DNA from: Albugo candida
Lineage: Eukaryota
Direction: 5' to 3'
NCBI GenBank assembly: GCA_040437565.1
Contig: JBDOQK010000005.1
Coordinates: 744,001-808,000 of the forward strand
Length of the DNA: 64,000 bases
In this document: in pieces, positions 1 through 12,974 of the stretch
How positions within the stretch are numbered: the first letter of the stretch is position 1
How the letters are laid out: each line of letters begins with the position of its first letter
The notes under the pieces: model-generated
Told to the model about the DNA's origin: nothing
Seen by the model: the letters and a program-made list of their open reading frames with translations, nothing else
The model's database searches: none
Translations under genes and position numbers: made by a program

Positions 1-182
1 CGATAGGCGGTGCCTGGTGTATTGTATCGAGAAGAAGGATATGCTCCATAAGAAGACTGATAGTCGCCTGTCTGCGGCGGTACCAGATCAATGCTGTAAT
101 TGAAACCTTCGTACAAATCTTCATCATCATCCGTCCTGAATGAACCACCAGCTGAGCTATAAGCGTAGGTCTCTCCACCCAT
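1..182 (-). CDS. IFT88: Intraflagellar transport protein 88, N-terminal fragment (gene continues beyond the window start)
   Basis: Manual minus-strand translation from ATG at 182: MGGETYAYSSAGGSFRTDDDEDLYEGFNYSIDLVPPQTGDYQSSYGAYPSSRYNTPGTAY. The acidic DD(E)DLYxG(Y/F)N motif followed by PGTA resembles the IFT88 N-terminus. TPR region lies outside the window. Confidence 0.65.
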   Translation of the reverse strand, partial: MGGETYAYSSAGGSFRTDDDEDLYEGFNYSIDLVPPQTGDYQSSYGAYPSSRYNTPGTAY

Positions 183-281
183 TACGTCGTCGAAAGGAGC
201 AAACTCTCTCGCCCGTTCAGATGATCCAGAAATAGAGCACAACACGACTCAACATAACGACGTAAATCGACGCGATTGCGC

Positions 282-2889
282 CTACATAGCCCAAAGCAGA
301 GCAAGCATCAAGGACCATAAAGTAGTGAGTGGAATTTGACGCTTTACTCCGGCATATGGAAGTAAAAACGAGCAGTCTTGCCCCATCCATGGGAAATACT
401 CCAAACTGTCATTGTAAGGGTCAAATATCATAGAACAGTAGCAAGTCCCATTCACACAAACTCCATTTGGATAGGAGCAATTATTGAGGCAGAATTTCTT
501 CTCGCAGTACATTCCGTACCATCCAATATCGCACATACATCTGGAATTTGGGAACTCAACAGAGCAGTACCCGTGCCCCGAGCAGTCGTATCGGCAGTCT
601 CGAATGGAGCAGTCTTCACCGAGAAACCCAGGCTCACATATACACTTGCCAAACCCGTCACAAATACCATTTGAATAATGGATATTGCCACTCGTACAAG
701 GGTATTTCTCGAGGCCTTCCACATACGAGTCGTTCTCTGTTGGATGATCCATCGAGAAGCAACAGTGATCACAACTCTCAACGGAATCCTCGTCGTCAAA
801 GGTACAATACGTGCCGGGACACGAGGTGTTGGAGCAGTCCATCCCATAGTACCCATCATTGCATTGACAGCTTCCGTGGCGGCACACGCCGTGTAAGGAG
901 CAATTCTTTATGCATTCTGTGGGTTTATAGTGCCAGAAATCTGCCAGCGACCTGTCTTTAGGAGTGAATAGCGAATGATACACTTCTTCTTGGATGTACC
1001 CGCCACCTCCATAGACAAACATAGCATCAAACTCGGGGTGATAGGCTGCTGCGTGGCCAGATCGTTGTGAAGGATGTTCCCACTTCAAAACATGAGGGAG
1101 GTCGCTTCGTCCATCATCACGATCGCGGCAACCATCCCATCCTGGAGCTTGTCTTCGGGCCTGTTGGATGAACAAAGGCTCGGCGTCGGTGCCTCGTGTA
1201 GGCTCTGCCATCACTGAAAACTACACGCATACGTGAGGATAGAGCGTGAGAATGGCTTTATTTCGAAGAGATACCGTCTTTGTTCCATAAAAAAGCTCCT
1301 TGTTGAATGAATCGCTACTGAACATATCATTAGGTGGGATATAGGCGTCGTACATGCCGCTGTGCGATTGCTTCCGCTCCCAAAGATCATCTGTGCATGA
1401 CGAGGGATACCTTGGATGCACAAAAGCCGTCTGTTTCCTCCATCGATTGCCTGCTGCATTGGAAATTAAGCTCCTGCAATCGAAAGTGACTCGGAAGAGC
1501 TGCCACGCACCGATAGAATATTGCCATGTGTCGTCAAAGTAATAATTTGTGCTGTAGCCACCGAATAACACCAAAATATCTCGTACAACTACCATAGAAT
1601 GTCCCATGCGGGCCTCTGGGATGTCTCTCTCTTTAATTCCCTTCTTCCTGCTGCCTCGATACGTCGGAAGAATGTGGCACCATTGTCGTGTGGTGAGGTT
1701 GTACCTCCAAAAGTCATTCAGAAAGTATGGATGGGTGGGATAAGGCTTGAATCCTATCCCGGTGCCAACGGCTCTGCCTCGTCCTGCACCCACCTCAGTT
1801 GTTGTTGGGTACGGGAAGAACGTTCGGTAGCCTCCATGGATGTATATTGCATCGTCGTAAAGCACGGAGGTATGGCCTGCTCGACCTGGTGGCCAGGTAA
1901 GCGTGCATTCCACCTCGCCCATTGCATCCACAACGGCTTCATCAATGGATGATACATCTGGGCAAAGTAATTCTTCTGTGATGTTTTTCCACGTGCGGAG
2001 ATTCTTATCGTAAACCCATAAATCATTGAGATAACCTCCTGCAGGATACTGGCTCACGTCAGACCAGTCATTTGCAGCGGAATTTGGGTCTGCAAATCCA
2101 TGCCACAAGCGATATCCCCCGAATACATACATCTTAAATCCTGATACAGCGCTAGAAAAGCTGAATCGCTTTCCAGGTCCGTAACTCTCACTTTCATGGG
2201 ACTCCAGCCGAGTCCAGGAATTATTTAAGAAATGAAAAAGCCACATATCGTCGCAATAATCCTGACATAAAGGCCCAAATCCTCCATAAATGAGCATTGT
2301 GTCGTCAGGAAATACTTGTGCCTGATGATACCATCGCTCCGATGGATATGTGCACAGCGGAGATCCTTCTTCGAGGTAACAGTTTCCCCAGGGCACTCCA
2401 GCCGTTAACCGCTTCCACGTCCCATTCACGCAGCTGTCTCCGGGGTAGCGCGTACAATCTAACCTGTTGCGTGAGAATTCGTCTCTAAGAACGCACATGA
2501 GTACTCGTACTGATATCATAGCTCCAAATGTCATTGTAGTATTTCCCAGTTTGAACGCTTGTGGGATTGTCCTTGGAAAGAATCTTCTCGTCGTATGATG
2601 CGAATGACAACGTCCCATTGACCTCTACAAGCTCAAATGTCTTGGGGATATGACTCACAAGGACATCTTCCCCTCTTCCACCGAATAAAATTAGCTGAGA
2701 TCTGTAGAACTGGAGTGAATGACCGCGTCGTGCCCCGGGCTCGGAGTCATTGCCCCAATGATGCCAGCAAGCGTCTATAGTTGAAATGAGACTTTGAAAC
2801 AATTGAGATGGCTTCAAGGTATAGCAATACGCACATTGGATTGCAAAAGAAAGCAATATAATGGCATGCAGTACATATTTCTTGCTCAT
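282..2889 (-). CDS. Secreted or GPI-anchored Kelch-repeat and EGF-like (tenascin/attractin-type) protein, multi-exon
   Basis: ORFs 2485-2889 (signal peptide MSKKYVLHAIILLSFAIQCAYC, first Kelch RRGHSL..LFGG), 1221-2618 (Kelch repeats IYGG, VFGG, IHGG, LFGG) and 282-1214 (EGF repeats CSLHGVC..CQCNDGYYGMDCS, CSGHGYC..CMCDIGWYGMYC, hydrophobic C-terminus). Joined by short GT-AG introns near 2462-2510 and 1217-1277. Confidence 0.85.
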
Positions 2890-3284
2890 TTTGATGGAGA
2901 CGAAAATGATACGCGTGCGACCTTTGGAGATCCATTCAGGAGCTATCTACCAATACGAATGCGTGAAAACCAGCTTATTGCCCAATCAAAGACCTCGTAT
3001 CATCAAAGGACACACTTGAATGAATGAAATTCGGATTGATCGCACGATTGAAGAATCGAAAGAAAAAAAAGACNNNNNNNNNNNNNNNNNNNNNNNNNNN
3101 NNNNNNNNNNNNNNNNNNNNNNNNNNNNNNNNNNNNNNNNNNNNNNNNNNNNNNNNNNNNNNNNNNNNNNNNNGAATGAATGAAATTCGGATTGATCGCA
3201 CGATTGAAGAATCGAAAGAAAAAAAAGACAACAAACACTCTACAAAATGAATTTTTGAATAATCAGAATGCTCAACGATCTGAG

Positions 3285-6200
3285 ATGAAAAATAATACTG
3301 AGATGGATCTCTTTCACGACGAAAATATTGATCTACAAGCCCAGAAATCTATGTCTTCTGCTGGGTTCCTATCCTTCCGGGTTTGTGGTCCTACAGATGA
3401 CATCATCTTCACAATCAACATTTCGCTCATTAGATACCACCTGAAGATCTGTTTGATAGGGTTGACACAGACCACTCGGGAACAATCGATAAAGAAGAGT
3501 TTGAAGCAATGGTCGGTAAGCCTTCCTGCACCTCGCTACAACTCATCTTTGTTTTGATACAGTTAAAAAATCTCGGCTACAGTGTCACAGCCACAAAATC
3601 TGCGCGTATCTTTTGTCAATGTGACTGTGATCAAAGTGGAAAAATCGATCGAAATGAATTCAAAAAAGCTCTCTTCATGATCGACCCCATTACTGCAAAT
3701 TCGACTCACATTATTCCCACTTGTCTTCCGGTGCCCAGAGATGTTTTTCATTATTTTGATGAAGACGGAAATGGAATGATCGATGACATGGAGTTTGCTG
3801 TACGTAATTCTTCCGCATTGGAGTTTTCCGGGTCTGATCATCCGATAGGACATACTTGAATACTTTGAATTGGAAGTGAGCGATGCGCAAAAGATTTCGC
3901 TGTTCCAAAAGTACGATCGAGACAAAAGCGGCTTCATCGAGTACCCGGAATTCCGAGATATCTGGCTTCGGCTGTGTGATGCACGTAAGGAGCTATTGAA
4001 ACGTGGCATCGAAGTGGCTCCTTCAGACACTCCCAAACAACTTCGACGGATCCTTGAACAGCGTTTAGCCCAAGAAGAGCTTCAAGAGGATCGCGTAGAG
4101 CAAGACTCTAATGAGTATATCCAAGAAGAGCAACGTAAAGAGATCATTTTGCTGCTTGGACGTCAAGCACTTGATCGAGCGCGAGAGGATCTGGCGGCCG
4201 CGCTGGATGCTGCCGGACAAGTATACGTCTTTGGTACGGGAAAGTGTGAAGGGACTAAGCCATCTGACTCGTGCACGTCTCGAGATCGATACGTTTCGGA
4301 GCTTTGGTCAAGACGTATCAACCCTGAGGGTTCTCGAGTTCGAGATCCAAGGCTATCTGTCAAGCAGAAAGATCCTTTGATAAAGCACAATACCGCGCCT
4401 TCCACCAGCCAAGTACCATCACAAACAAAGAATGAAGCGAAATCTCAATGGTCTGTGCATCGACGAACGGAAAATCTTCGGTGGACATTCCAGAGCCCCC
4501 CAAAACTCGACACTCGTAGCATACTAGCGCTTCGACGATATAAATCAAATGTGATTGCCGCCGGAAATGAAGAATCAGAAACGAAAGAGGGGTACGAGGC
4601 GCCCAGAGAAGAATACAGGCCACAAAGAATCCAATCCAGCTTTCAAGAAGCAAATATGATGAACACGAGCTTTTGTTGGGGACGTCAAGTTGTGAGTGGA
4701 GCGATCGGAGACGATTATGCGCTTCTCGTTACTTCGAGTGGATCCGTCCTCGAGTGGGGACGCACGAGGTCTCCACGAGAATCCAAGCCTACATCTTTTC
4801 AAAGCTTTACGGTAAAGGGTACATGAGATCGAGTGTAAGAATGTTTGGTCTTTATCGCATGGCTCTCCATAGACTCAATCATCCAAAGAAGACGAGCAGA
4901 TGCGCCGGTAGGAAGCTGAATGATTTTGGAAAGAGCTTTGTCACAATGTACGCTGTAGTATGAGAAATGTGCTGCGATATTACGACGTGTATGAATCTCT
5001 GCCCAAAGCTGAGGTCGAATTGCCAGTTTTGAAAAGTTTATTGCTTGCAAAAGTGAAAGAGACAGCCATACGCACTTCATTATCGTGTCGGGGAATCTAT
5101 ACCTCCAACGCAAATAGCCAGCGATTGATTGACGCTCTAGGAGAATGCCTTGAGCTTGAGCAAGCTTTTGAACCCAAGCAAGCATGGAAGAGCTGGGAAA
5201 ATCGTATTCTCGAGCTGCAAAAGGATAAAAAGACACATACGCTCGCTCATGCTGCAAGTATCTACCTCTTTTCTCATTCGAAAAACTCACGCTTGCTGCA
5301 GGAGATTCAGAAAATGAGTCAGGCTGTACGTTATCCTTGCAGGTCGTTCCGTCCATTCTCAACCGAAAATTGATAGTGGGCCCCAATTCGACGACAACGC
5401 GGAGAAACATGTGAACACGATCTTCTCAATCCGAGTGAATCGATAGAGGTTCAGTGAGATTGTGAGCGAGTATGAGAGTATCACAAGTGTGTGTAGGAAG
5501 CCGAATACAAAGCCTTCACTTTGAAACGTCAGACGCACACGGAAAAAGATGCCCAGCAGTATTCAAAGAATGCTGCGTGCCTTCAGACTGTCTCCAGCGT
5601 CGCAATCAATCGAATGGAAGCATTGGCAGTCATGCGTGACGGGTATTCTCTGCCTGAGCTGCTACCTGGCAATTTGTAAGCGAGTCTTTTAGATCAATTT
5701 ATGCATCGAAAACGATGGATTCGAGCACTTCATCCAAATTTATTTTGCACGAAAGCTTACGCTGGAGTACAAAACAACTACAAAGCCTCGCGGTACGACC
5801 GGAAAGTTCACGTATACAACCTGATATCACTTCATAGCATCTGTCCATTCAAAGTATCAGCGCATCGTCCTCTATGAATGCTGCTATCACAACAAATGCC
5901 CAACTGTACACCTGGAAATCACCGTCCACCTCGAGTAAAGCGATTGAATGGAAGCTTATGGATATCCTCACACAGGCTCCAAAAGCCCGCTTTGTGTCGT
6001 GTGGAGCAGCTCATTGTGGCGTCACCACTGAGACCGGACAAGTGTTTATGTGGGGCTGCGCCAACGGCGGACGACTCGGTCTTGGGCCTGATGTCAAAGA
6101 CCATATCGCGAAGCCAACGCTGGTGGAGACTCTGTATAAAGCCGGCGTTCGAGTGTGGCAGATAGCGTGTGGGACGGCGCATTCAGTTCTTTGCACAGAA

Positions 6201-7544
6201 ATCTGTAAAGTCGATTGGAAAAGCTGCCTCACAGAACGCTTCTCGGGAGGTGAGCTGTATGCCTGTGGAAGTGTCTTACCGCTCGGAAGACAAATGTCTT
6301 CTTGGGAAGCAGTAGCCAGTAAGCCTCCCAATGTACCTTTCGTACAGGTGTACTGCGGCTTTGCTCATAGCGCTGCAATATCGATATCCGGTGGGCTCTT
6401 TACGTGGGGAAGGAATGCATTTGGCTGCACTGGACATAGTGTGACCCGATTGTTTATCGCCGAGGCGGAAATGGTCGATTGTATCCGCACGGAGCCTCAA
6501 AACCTGGCGACTCGAAAGCGGTGTCGTCAGATAAGCGTATACAATCAACAGGGAGCAGAATTAGCTTTGAATAATGATATTCACAGCTGTATTCACACAC
6601 AAATAGAAGAGATGCCGTGGTGGGAGATGGATCTCGACGAAGCAGTGAAAATAACTCGTATTTGTGTACGAAACAAAGAGTTTGATAAAAAAACTCTGAT
6701 GCTTTTGCTAAGGTTTGGAGCTGCGTGGAAGAGTGTGGGGGTCCCAGTACGCTATTTCCATTTTGGATCCTCATCAGTCAAAAGCCATTCCAGGATGTTA
6801 GAGGCCTGCGTGGGTACGTGTCACACATTTGTGCAAATTTGCTTCATCTCGTTCTGTAGTCTCGAAATTGCAAAGTCGCAAGCTGTGGCCTGTGAGTCCT
6901 TTTACTCTTTCGAAAATCTGACGGAATGGGAACTTTCTGCATCGCGATCGATCGGACAATATGTTCGGTATTGCGTCATTGAACGCTGTCATGTGTGCAT
7001 ATTCATTGGAGCGCTTGTAGAATTCAGTCCCAAAGACGAGGCTTTCTCCGATTTGGCCACATTCAGGTCTTTGGAACGCATACAAATGAACGACTTAGTG
7101 AACAAGTTGGCCACGTTTACTGCGGTTATAACACGATGCTGGTGGTGCTTCGTCCAGTGAAACAAAGGTGTGTCTTGGTACTGTGCGGTTTTGCACACTT
7201 AAGGGTACTTTTCACCATTTTTCAGTCTGTTGGAAGATTTTTACAGTCGAGCGATTCAAGCAGATGCCGATAATGCGAATATTCTACGCTATTATAGAGC
7301 GTATGAAGAGCTGTATGCAACGATAGGTCGCGGGACAGATGAAGCTTTCAAGGACGCAGCGAAATGCGAGCTTTGTCAGTTCTCGCGAGGCTGTGAGGTG
7401 TGCGCACTGTATGACCTTTTTCGTAAAGAAAATCGAAAGGAATTACCAAAACGAAATACGAACGATCGCAGTGGACTACAGGTACACTTTGCTGTTGCAC
7501 AGTTAGAGGAATTAGAGCTCAAAGGTGCTCTGCAAAGGCTTTGA
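3285..7544 (+). CDS. EF-hand + RCC1-repeat + F5/8-type (fucolectin-like) domain protein, multi-exon; boundaries approximate
   Basis: EF-hand loops DCDQSGKIDRNE, DEDGNGMIDDME, DRDKSGFIEYPE. RCC1 repeats VSCGAAHC..GQVFMWG..GRLGLG, IACGTAHS, VYCGFAHS..GGLFTWG. NLA..QISVY..CIHTQ..PWWEMDL motif of FTP/F5-8 type C domains. Same-strand ORFs 3509-7544. Confidence 0.75.
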
Positions 7545-7809
7545 TCAATTGGGCGCTTTTAGAGCCATCGAAAATGCGCCTTTCTTAGCGGGAAATGATA
7601 GCAGTTGATTGGATAATATAAAAGCAGCACATATTGGACGAATCAGAAGCCACAAGAATGGGGCTAATTCACAATGTGATTGGATGAAAATAGATTATGA
7701 GGTGAACCCGCGAAAACATTCAATCTTTTTCTTCGGCCTCACAAGCAGACAGTTCTGGCGCTTTTGCGCCCTTTTTTGTCACCGAATACCTACGTAAAGG
7801 CTGTCTAAT

Positions 7810-9944
7810 ATGGCACCGTTGAGGACTCCTGATCTGAATGCTGGTACCGGGATGATGACTCGACTTCGAGCAAAGACAAAAGCATGTGCGGATTCGCTTT
7901 CATTGGGCCGAAAGCAGCGTTCACTACACGATTTCTTCAAACGGTATTGTGCTCAATTTTATGGATTTCTGATGAAATAAATACATATGAACTATTGCAA
8001 CAGATCGGAAGATAGTAAAAATGGACAGAAAACGACACGGAAGAGAGGACGTCCAAGCACTGAGCGTGGCAATGCAGAGGACTTTGATGGAGTCGTGAAG
8101 AAGCGAATTGAATATGACACAACATCGGACTCGGATGAATCGAAAAGTGAACGAAATGCTACCTCACAAAGCAGCGAAGACGCGCCAGTATCACCGCTTT
8201 CTTCCACGAAAATAGAGAAAATATCGGTAGGCTCTGAGGAACCCGATGGAGAGCCATTTGCGTCAAAACATTGTCTCAAAACGTCAACCTCAAAAATCTG
8301 CAGTGAACAGCGATCGCAATCATCTCCTAAAAGCACAGTATCGATCCCAACGCAATCTTCCTGGTCGCGATTGTACAGTCAATGTGATGAACTGGATTTC
8401 CTTACGCCACAAGACCAGCCTGTGATGCATCTCTCTCATCCCACAACGCCGTCACCATTAAAAAAACGTCATCGGCGTGACTACAACGCGAGTGATTCCG
8501 AACAAGACGAAAAAATGATTGCGGCTGATAGTAATGGTACACAGAAAAACACTCCAAACACAGCAAATATAATGGAAACCACTACTCCTGGTTTGGGTCA
8601 GTTGGTGCCTGAGACTCCAATGGATGATCTGAAAGCTATTTGTCATGCTCCATCTAAGAGAACGTATGGCCAGTGCAGTGCTGTGAAAGAGAAATCGCCA
8701 AAGTATGTACATTGATGAAAAGAGAATTGTCTTTCGGCTGATATCGATGCTGTAGGGCAACTCGAGTCAATGCTGCAGCTCGAATCTTGCTGGAACCTTT
8801 TACAAATCCGTTCACGTCACCATTTTCGCCTCTAGCACTTTTGGAAACAACGAAAACGGGCTCCCGAAAGCGCTCACAACGCCAGCGCCAAAGTCTCCCT
8901 TTAGCTTTTGAGACCAATACGAAAAATCTTTCGCGGTATTTGTGCGATTTTGTCGAGAAACAGGTTTGTGACTTCGCATGTGACCCAATTCGTGCAGCTT
9001 TTATTATGGTGGGAATAGCTTATAGGCGCCGGCTCCTTCTCAAAAGTGTTCAAATGTCTAAAAAAAATGGACGGATGGATTTATGCCGTGAAGAAAAGTA
9101 AACGCCATTTCAAAGGGAATGCAGACATGTTCGTACTCTTTTCGTAGTTAGAATATGTTTTGAGTTTCGGTCATTTAGGCAGCGATCTTTGCGAGAGGTT
9201 CAAGCTTTGGCTGCATTAAGTGACAGCCAGCACATTGTCCGCTACTTTGATGCGTGGATCGAGGACGACTTGCTTTATATTCAGCTGGAATTCTGCCAAG
9301 GATGCAGTCTCCAATTTTTTCTAAATCAAGCGCACGCGCAGAATCGACCATACATTTCAGAACAAACATTGTCCCGACTTCTCTGTCACATCGCAAAAGC
9401 GCTGTGTGACATGCACGCAAGAAGGATGGTGCATATGGACGTCAAAGTACAGAATTTCCTGGTTCGAATGCCAAATGAAATCTACAAGGTGCATCATCCT
9501 TATAAGCGCGTGTGAAATCGACTGACATAATTGATTTAGTTGGGTGATTTAGGTACTGTAGTGCACCAAGATGGTCGAATGGAAGTCACAGAAGGAGACA
9601 CGCGATATCTGAGTCGGGAGATATTAGAGGGAAATCGATCGCATCTTCGTGCTGGCGATATATTTGCACTTGGCGCGTCCATCTATGAGCTCGAATTGGG
9701 AAGAGCGCTTCCATCTTGTGGAGATGAGTGGCAAGAGATTCGAGATGGTGATCTTGTAATGTTTCGGTACGTTCTGTGTACCTCGCATCTCGGATGTTCC
9801 GAGTAATTTTCTTGTTTGATTAGACATTATTCCAACTCCTTACAGCATCTTGTCGCTAATATGATGCACCCGGATCCACTACAACGTCCATCGGCCGAAG
9901 AAATCCTACAGCATGATGTGGTCAAACCGTTTTGCTGCCGCTAA
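7810..9944 (+). CDS. WEE1: Wee1-like protein kinase, multi-exon
   Basis: Disordered S/T-P-rich N-terminus, then REVQALAAL..HIVRYFDAWIEDDLLYIQLEFC, HMDVKVQN, KLGDLG and the Wee1/Myt1 signature EGDTRYLSREIL. Last exon ends MHPDPLQRPSAEEILQH..CR* with TAA at 9942-9944. Confidence 0.9.
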
Positions 9945-10696
9945 TCGACACGATACTTAAGTTATTCAGAGTCCATTTGTCTCTCTCTAAATCAATCGTC
10001 CTTTTAAAAGTGTGTACTCTCGGTAATGTATACTGAATAAAAATTATCCTGGCGGTGGTTGTGTGCATTTATCAAATGTAATACATTCGTGAGCAACGTT
10101 TTGATCGTAAAAGGTGATGACAAAATTTCACTTAGAAACACACAAAGAAGCTCACAAACGCACGCGCAGGATACTTATACTTAAGGATACGCATCAAAAA
10201 GAAGAAGAGATTGGAAATGTTACTACCTTTAGCAAACTATCGACTCTTGATAAAATCGTATTAAAAAGCAGACACCAGGAAAGGGGCAGGGTACTACGTT
10301 CTCTGTACGTAAAGAACCTATACACTTGTTCGCAGGACATTTTGCACAGCTTCTCGATCTATTTCGTCTGGTTTCAAGAATGCGACAGCGAATCCAAAGT
10401 GGCGTTGTCTGGATGATATGCTGACGACAAGGTTGCAGCATACAGCTCATACATCCAATTCTCGGATCTTTTGAAGGCAGATAGCGCCCCAGCTTGTGCG
10501 CAACAGGTAAATCTACTCGGCTTTTTTGTCGGAAGCCCAATTGCCCATCTTGGCTGAATGTATTTGTTTTTCCAGAATTGGTAATAATAAAAGGATCGAA
10601 CATCGTGCTTCATAGCTATGTACTACTGATCTACACCATTGCTGTGCCCTTGTAAAAGCAACATGACTGACCTGTCATTTCGAAAATATACGCTTC

Positions 10697-12060
10697 ATGT
10701 CAAACGCGTGCGATTTTACCACGGCGCAACTAGATTTCCATGCTTCAAGTAGTTCAAACGTGTTGTATAGTACACCCCCACTCCAAAAAGTCCCAAGTAT
10801 CATCGAAATCAAAAGGGCGATACCGAAAGAATGCTTCGAGTCCTCCGTTGTGCTATCAATGTATTATGTCGTTCGCGCAGGCACGATCGCCATCATGCTG
10901 ATTTTTACGCTTAATTACCTTCGAGGTCTCTCATTTATCTACCATACGTGGATATACAACGCCATTGTTTCGTGTGGATACATTGCAATTCAAGGAATCA
11001 ATTTCTGGGGAATTTTCACCCTTGCTCATGACTGCGGGCACGGAGCATTCTCGCGCTACGCAATGCTTAATGATACGATAGGGCTATTATTGCACTCCAT
11101 AGTTTTGACACCCTATGAACCTTGGAAAGTATCCCATCGCCTTCATCATAAAAATACTGGTCATCTGGATCGGGATGTCGTATATTTTCCTCAACGAGCC
11201 ACAAATGATCATCCACTCAGTCGAAATATGGTTTGATACATTGAGTATATTCCACTCGAATCTTTAAACAAGGATCCTCATAGATTTCAGGCTTGGGATT
11301 TGCTTGGTTTGCGTATTTAATCAATGGATTCCCACCGAGGCGCTTTAATCATTTTAACCCGGTACGTTGATTATTTATGAATACTATTGCAACGAAATTT
11401 ACCTACAAGTGTATGGATAGATGGAACCACTATTGGCTTGCCACAGAGTCAAAGTATTTGTATCACTCGCGGTCCAAGCTTGGTTTGTCGTTACTATCCT
11501 AGTCTTGACTACAGTCATCGGATGGAGAGTTATGATCCTATATTATCATGGTCCGATCCTTGTGTTTGCATCTATGCTGGTTATCACGACATTTCTTGTA
11601 CGTGTCAATATTTTAATTGAGTTGACCTTGTTATAATTGATATGTCATTGTCATCCATATGAAATAGAATCATATGGACGACGATATACCGTGGTACGAC
11701 GATACGCAGTGGTCGTATGTACGTGGAAATCTATCAAGCGTCGATCGAACATACGGTGCACTGGTCGATAATATGACACATCATATTGGCTTGCATCAGA
11801 TCCACCATTTATTACCAATGATTCCACATTACAAGTTAGCATTGGCAACACAGCATTTTCGTCAGACGTTTCCACAACTCGCTCGTCACAGTCATGAGCC
11901 AATTCCACAGGCTTTTTTTAGGTTGCTGAGAATGTACGCTGCGCGTGGTGTCGTGGATGATGTTGCCTCGTCATTTTACTTAAATCGGAGATTCATCGGT
12001 CAGAAAAACTGCACAAAATGCAGGCGAATCAGTTTAGTCGGCAAAGAACGCGAATTATAA
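10697..12060 (+). CDS. Omega-3 (delta-17-type) fatty acid desaturase, 4 exons
   Basis: Three His boxes HDCGH, HRLHH, HQIHH. EIKRAIPKECFE, YVRGNLSSVDRTYG and IPHYKL match oomycete omega-3 desaturases. Introns near 11231-11283, 11362-11420 and 11598-11667. Confidence 0.92.
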
Positions 12061-12248
12061 GATTTGGAGTATAAAGTGTACAAAGCAAAAGCAAAACGCA
12101 CCAAGCGAAGGGCCAATATGGTGCGATGTAATTATACAAATTTCCAAAATCGATGAATTTCCCTCGAATTATGGAAAGTTACACCTCATGTGGAATTATG
12201 GCTACTCCAACATGACAAAAATGAACGATCACTTCACAGTAAATTATC

Positions 12249-12974
12249 TTACAATAGTACAACCTTGTCTTTAGGTGTGACACAACCAAATCCAAAGTTC
12301 TGCTCACCAGCTTCTGCCAAAGCCGCTTCATTCTTCTTGTTCCTAAGTAGTCGAACACCGGCAACCACTGCTGCAATACTCAATCCAATCACGACTAGCA
12401 CACATATAATCACTATTGACGTTGACGCAGTACCCTTTTTCTGATCGACAGTATTCGAGTCGTTCAAGGCCGAAGTCTTGCTCGACTGGGGCATGACCAA
12501 TTTGTCCCTTGTGAATCTATCCGCATCGGTATCATTGGTTGACTTCACTATCTTGTTCGATTTCTCTCCGATCAATTCACTAGATTCTATTTGGGTCACA
12601 GGTATCGTCTGCTTATCCATTCCATTGCGCTCTGCTGATTCTGCTGATACAAGCCTGACAATGGGGACACTACCATCGGTGGTATACGTCGAGCCGTCGG
12701 GACGGATATATGTTATACCAGGGATATCTGACTGAACGCATCCCATGACGTTGAGACTATGAGGGATAATGGCGCATTCCGCAATCTGAGGACAAGATCC
12801 TATGACTGCGGCGCTGTATGTACCGGAACATGGATGATTCTTGATACAATAGGCAACTGTTGTATTCAAAACACTAACGGAAAATTCGTTCTCTGCACAA
12901 GCAATAGAAAGAGTAAAATTCCGCAATAAGTTGAGGGAATTGAAAATAATCCATTTTGATGGCCGAAATCGCAT
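12249..12974 (-). CDS. Type I membrane protein with a small Cys-rich ectodomain (hypothetical)
   Basis: 241-aa single ORF: weak signal-like N-terminus, Cys-rich segment (YCIKNHPCSG..SCPQIAEC..GCV), S/T-rich stalk, TM IVIICVLVVIGLSIAAVVAGV, basic stop-transfer and short tail. Confidence 0.7.
   Translation of the reverse strand: MRFRPSKWIIFNSLNLLRNFTLSIACAENEFSVSVLNTTVAYCIKNHPCSGTYSAAVIGSCPQIAECAIIPHSLNVMGCVQSDIPGITYIRPDGSTYTTDGSVPIVRLVSAESAERNGMDKQTIPVTQIESSELIGEKSNKIVKSTNDTDADRFTRDKLVMPQSSKTSALNDSNTVDQKKGTASTSIVIICVLVVIGLSIAAVVAGVRLLRNKKNEAALAEAGEQNFGFGCVTPKDKVVLL

Noticed and set aside
10114-10613. Overlapping short ORFs on both strands, one with CxxC pairs (CMSC, CAKC)
   Set aside because: No signal peptide, recognisable domain or consistent splice model. 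Could be a remnant but is unsupported.
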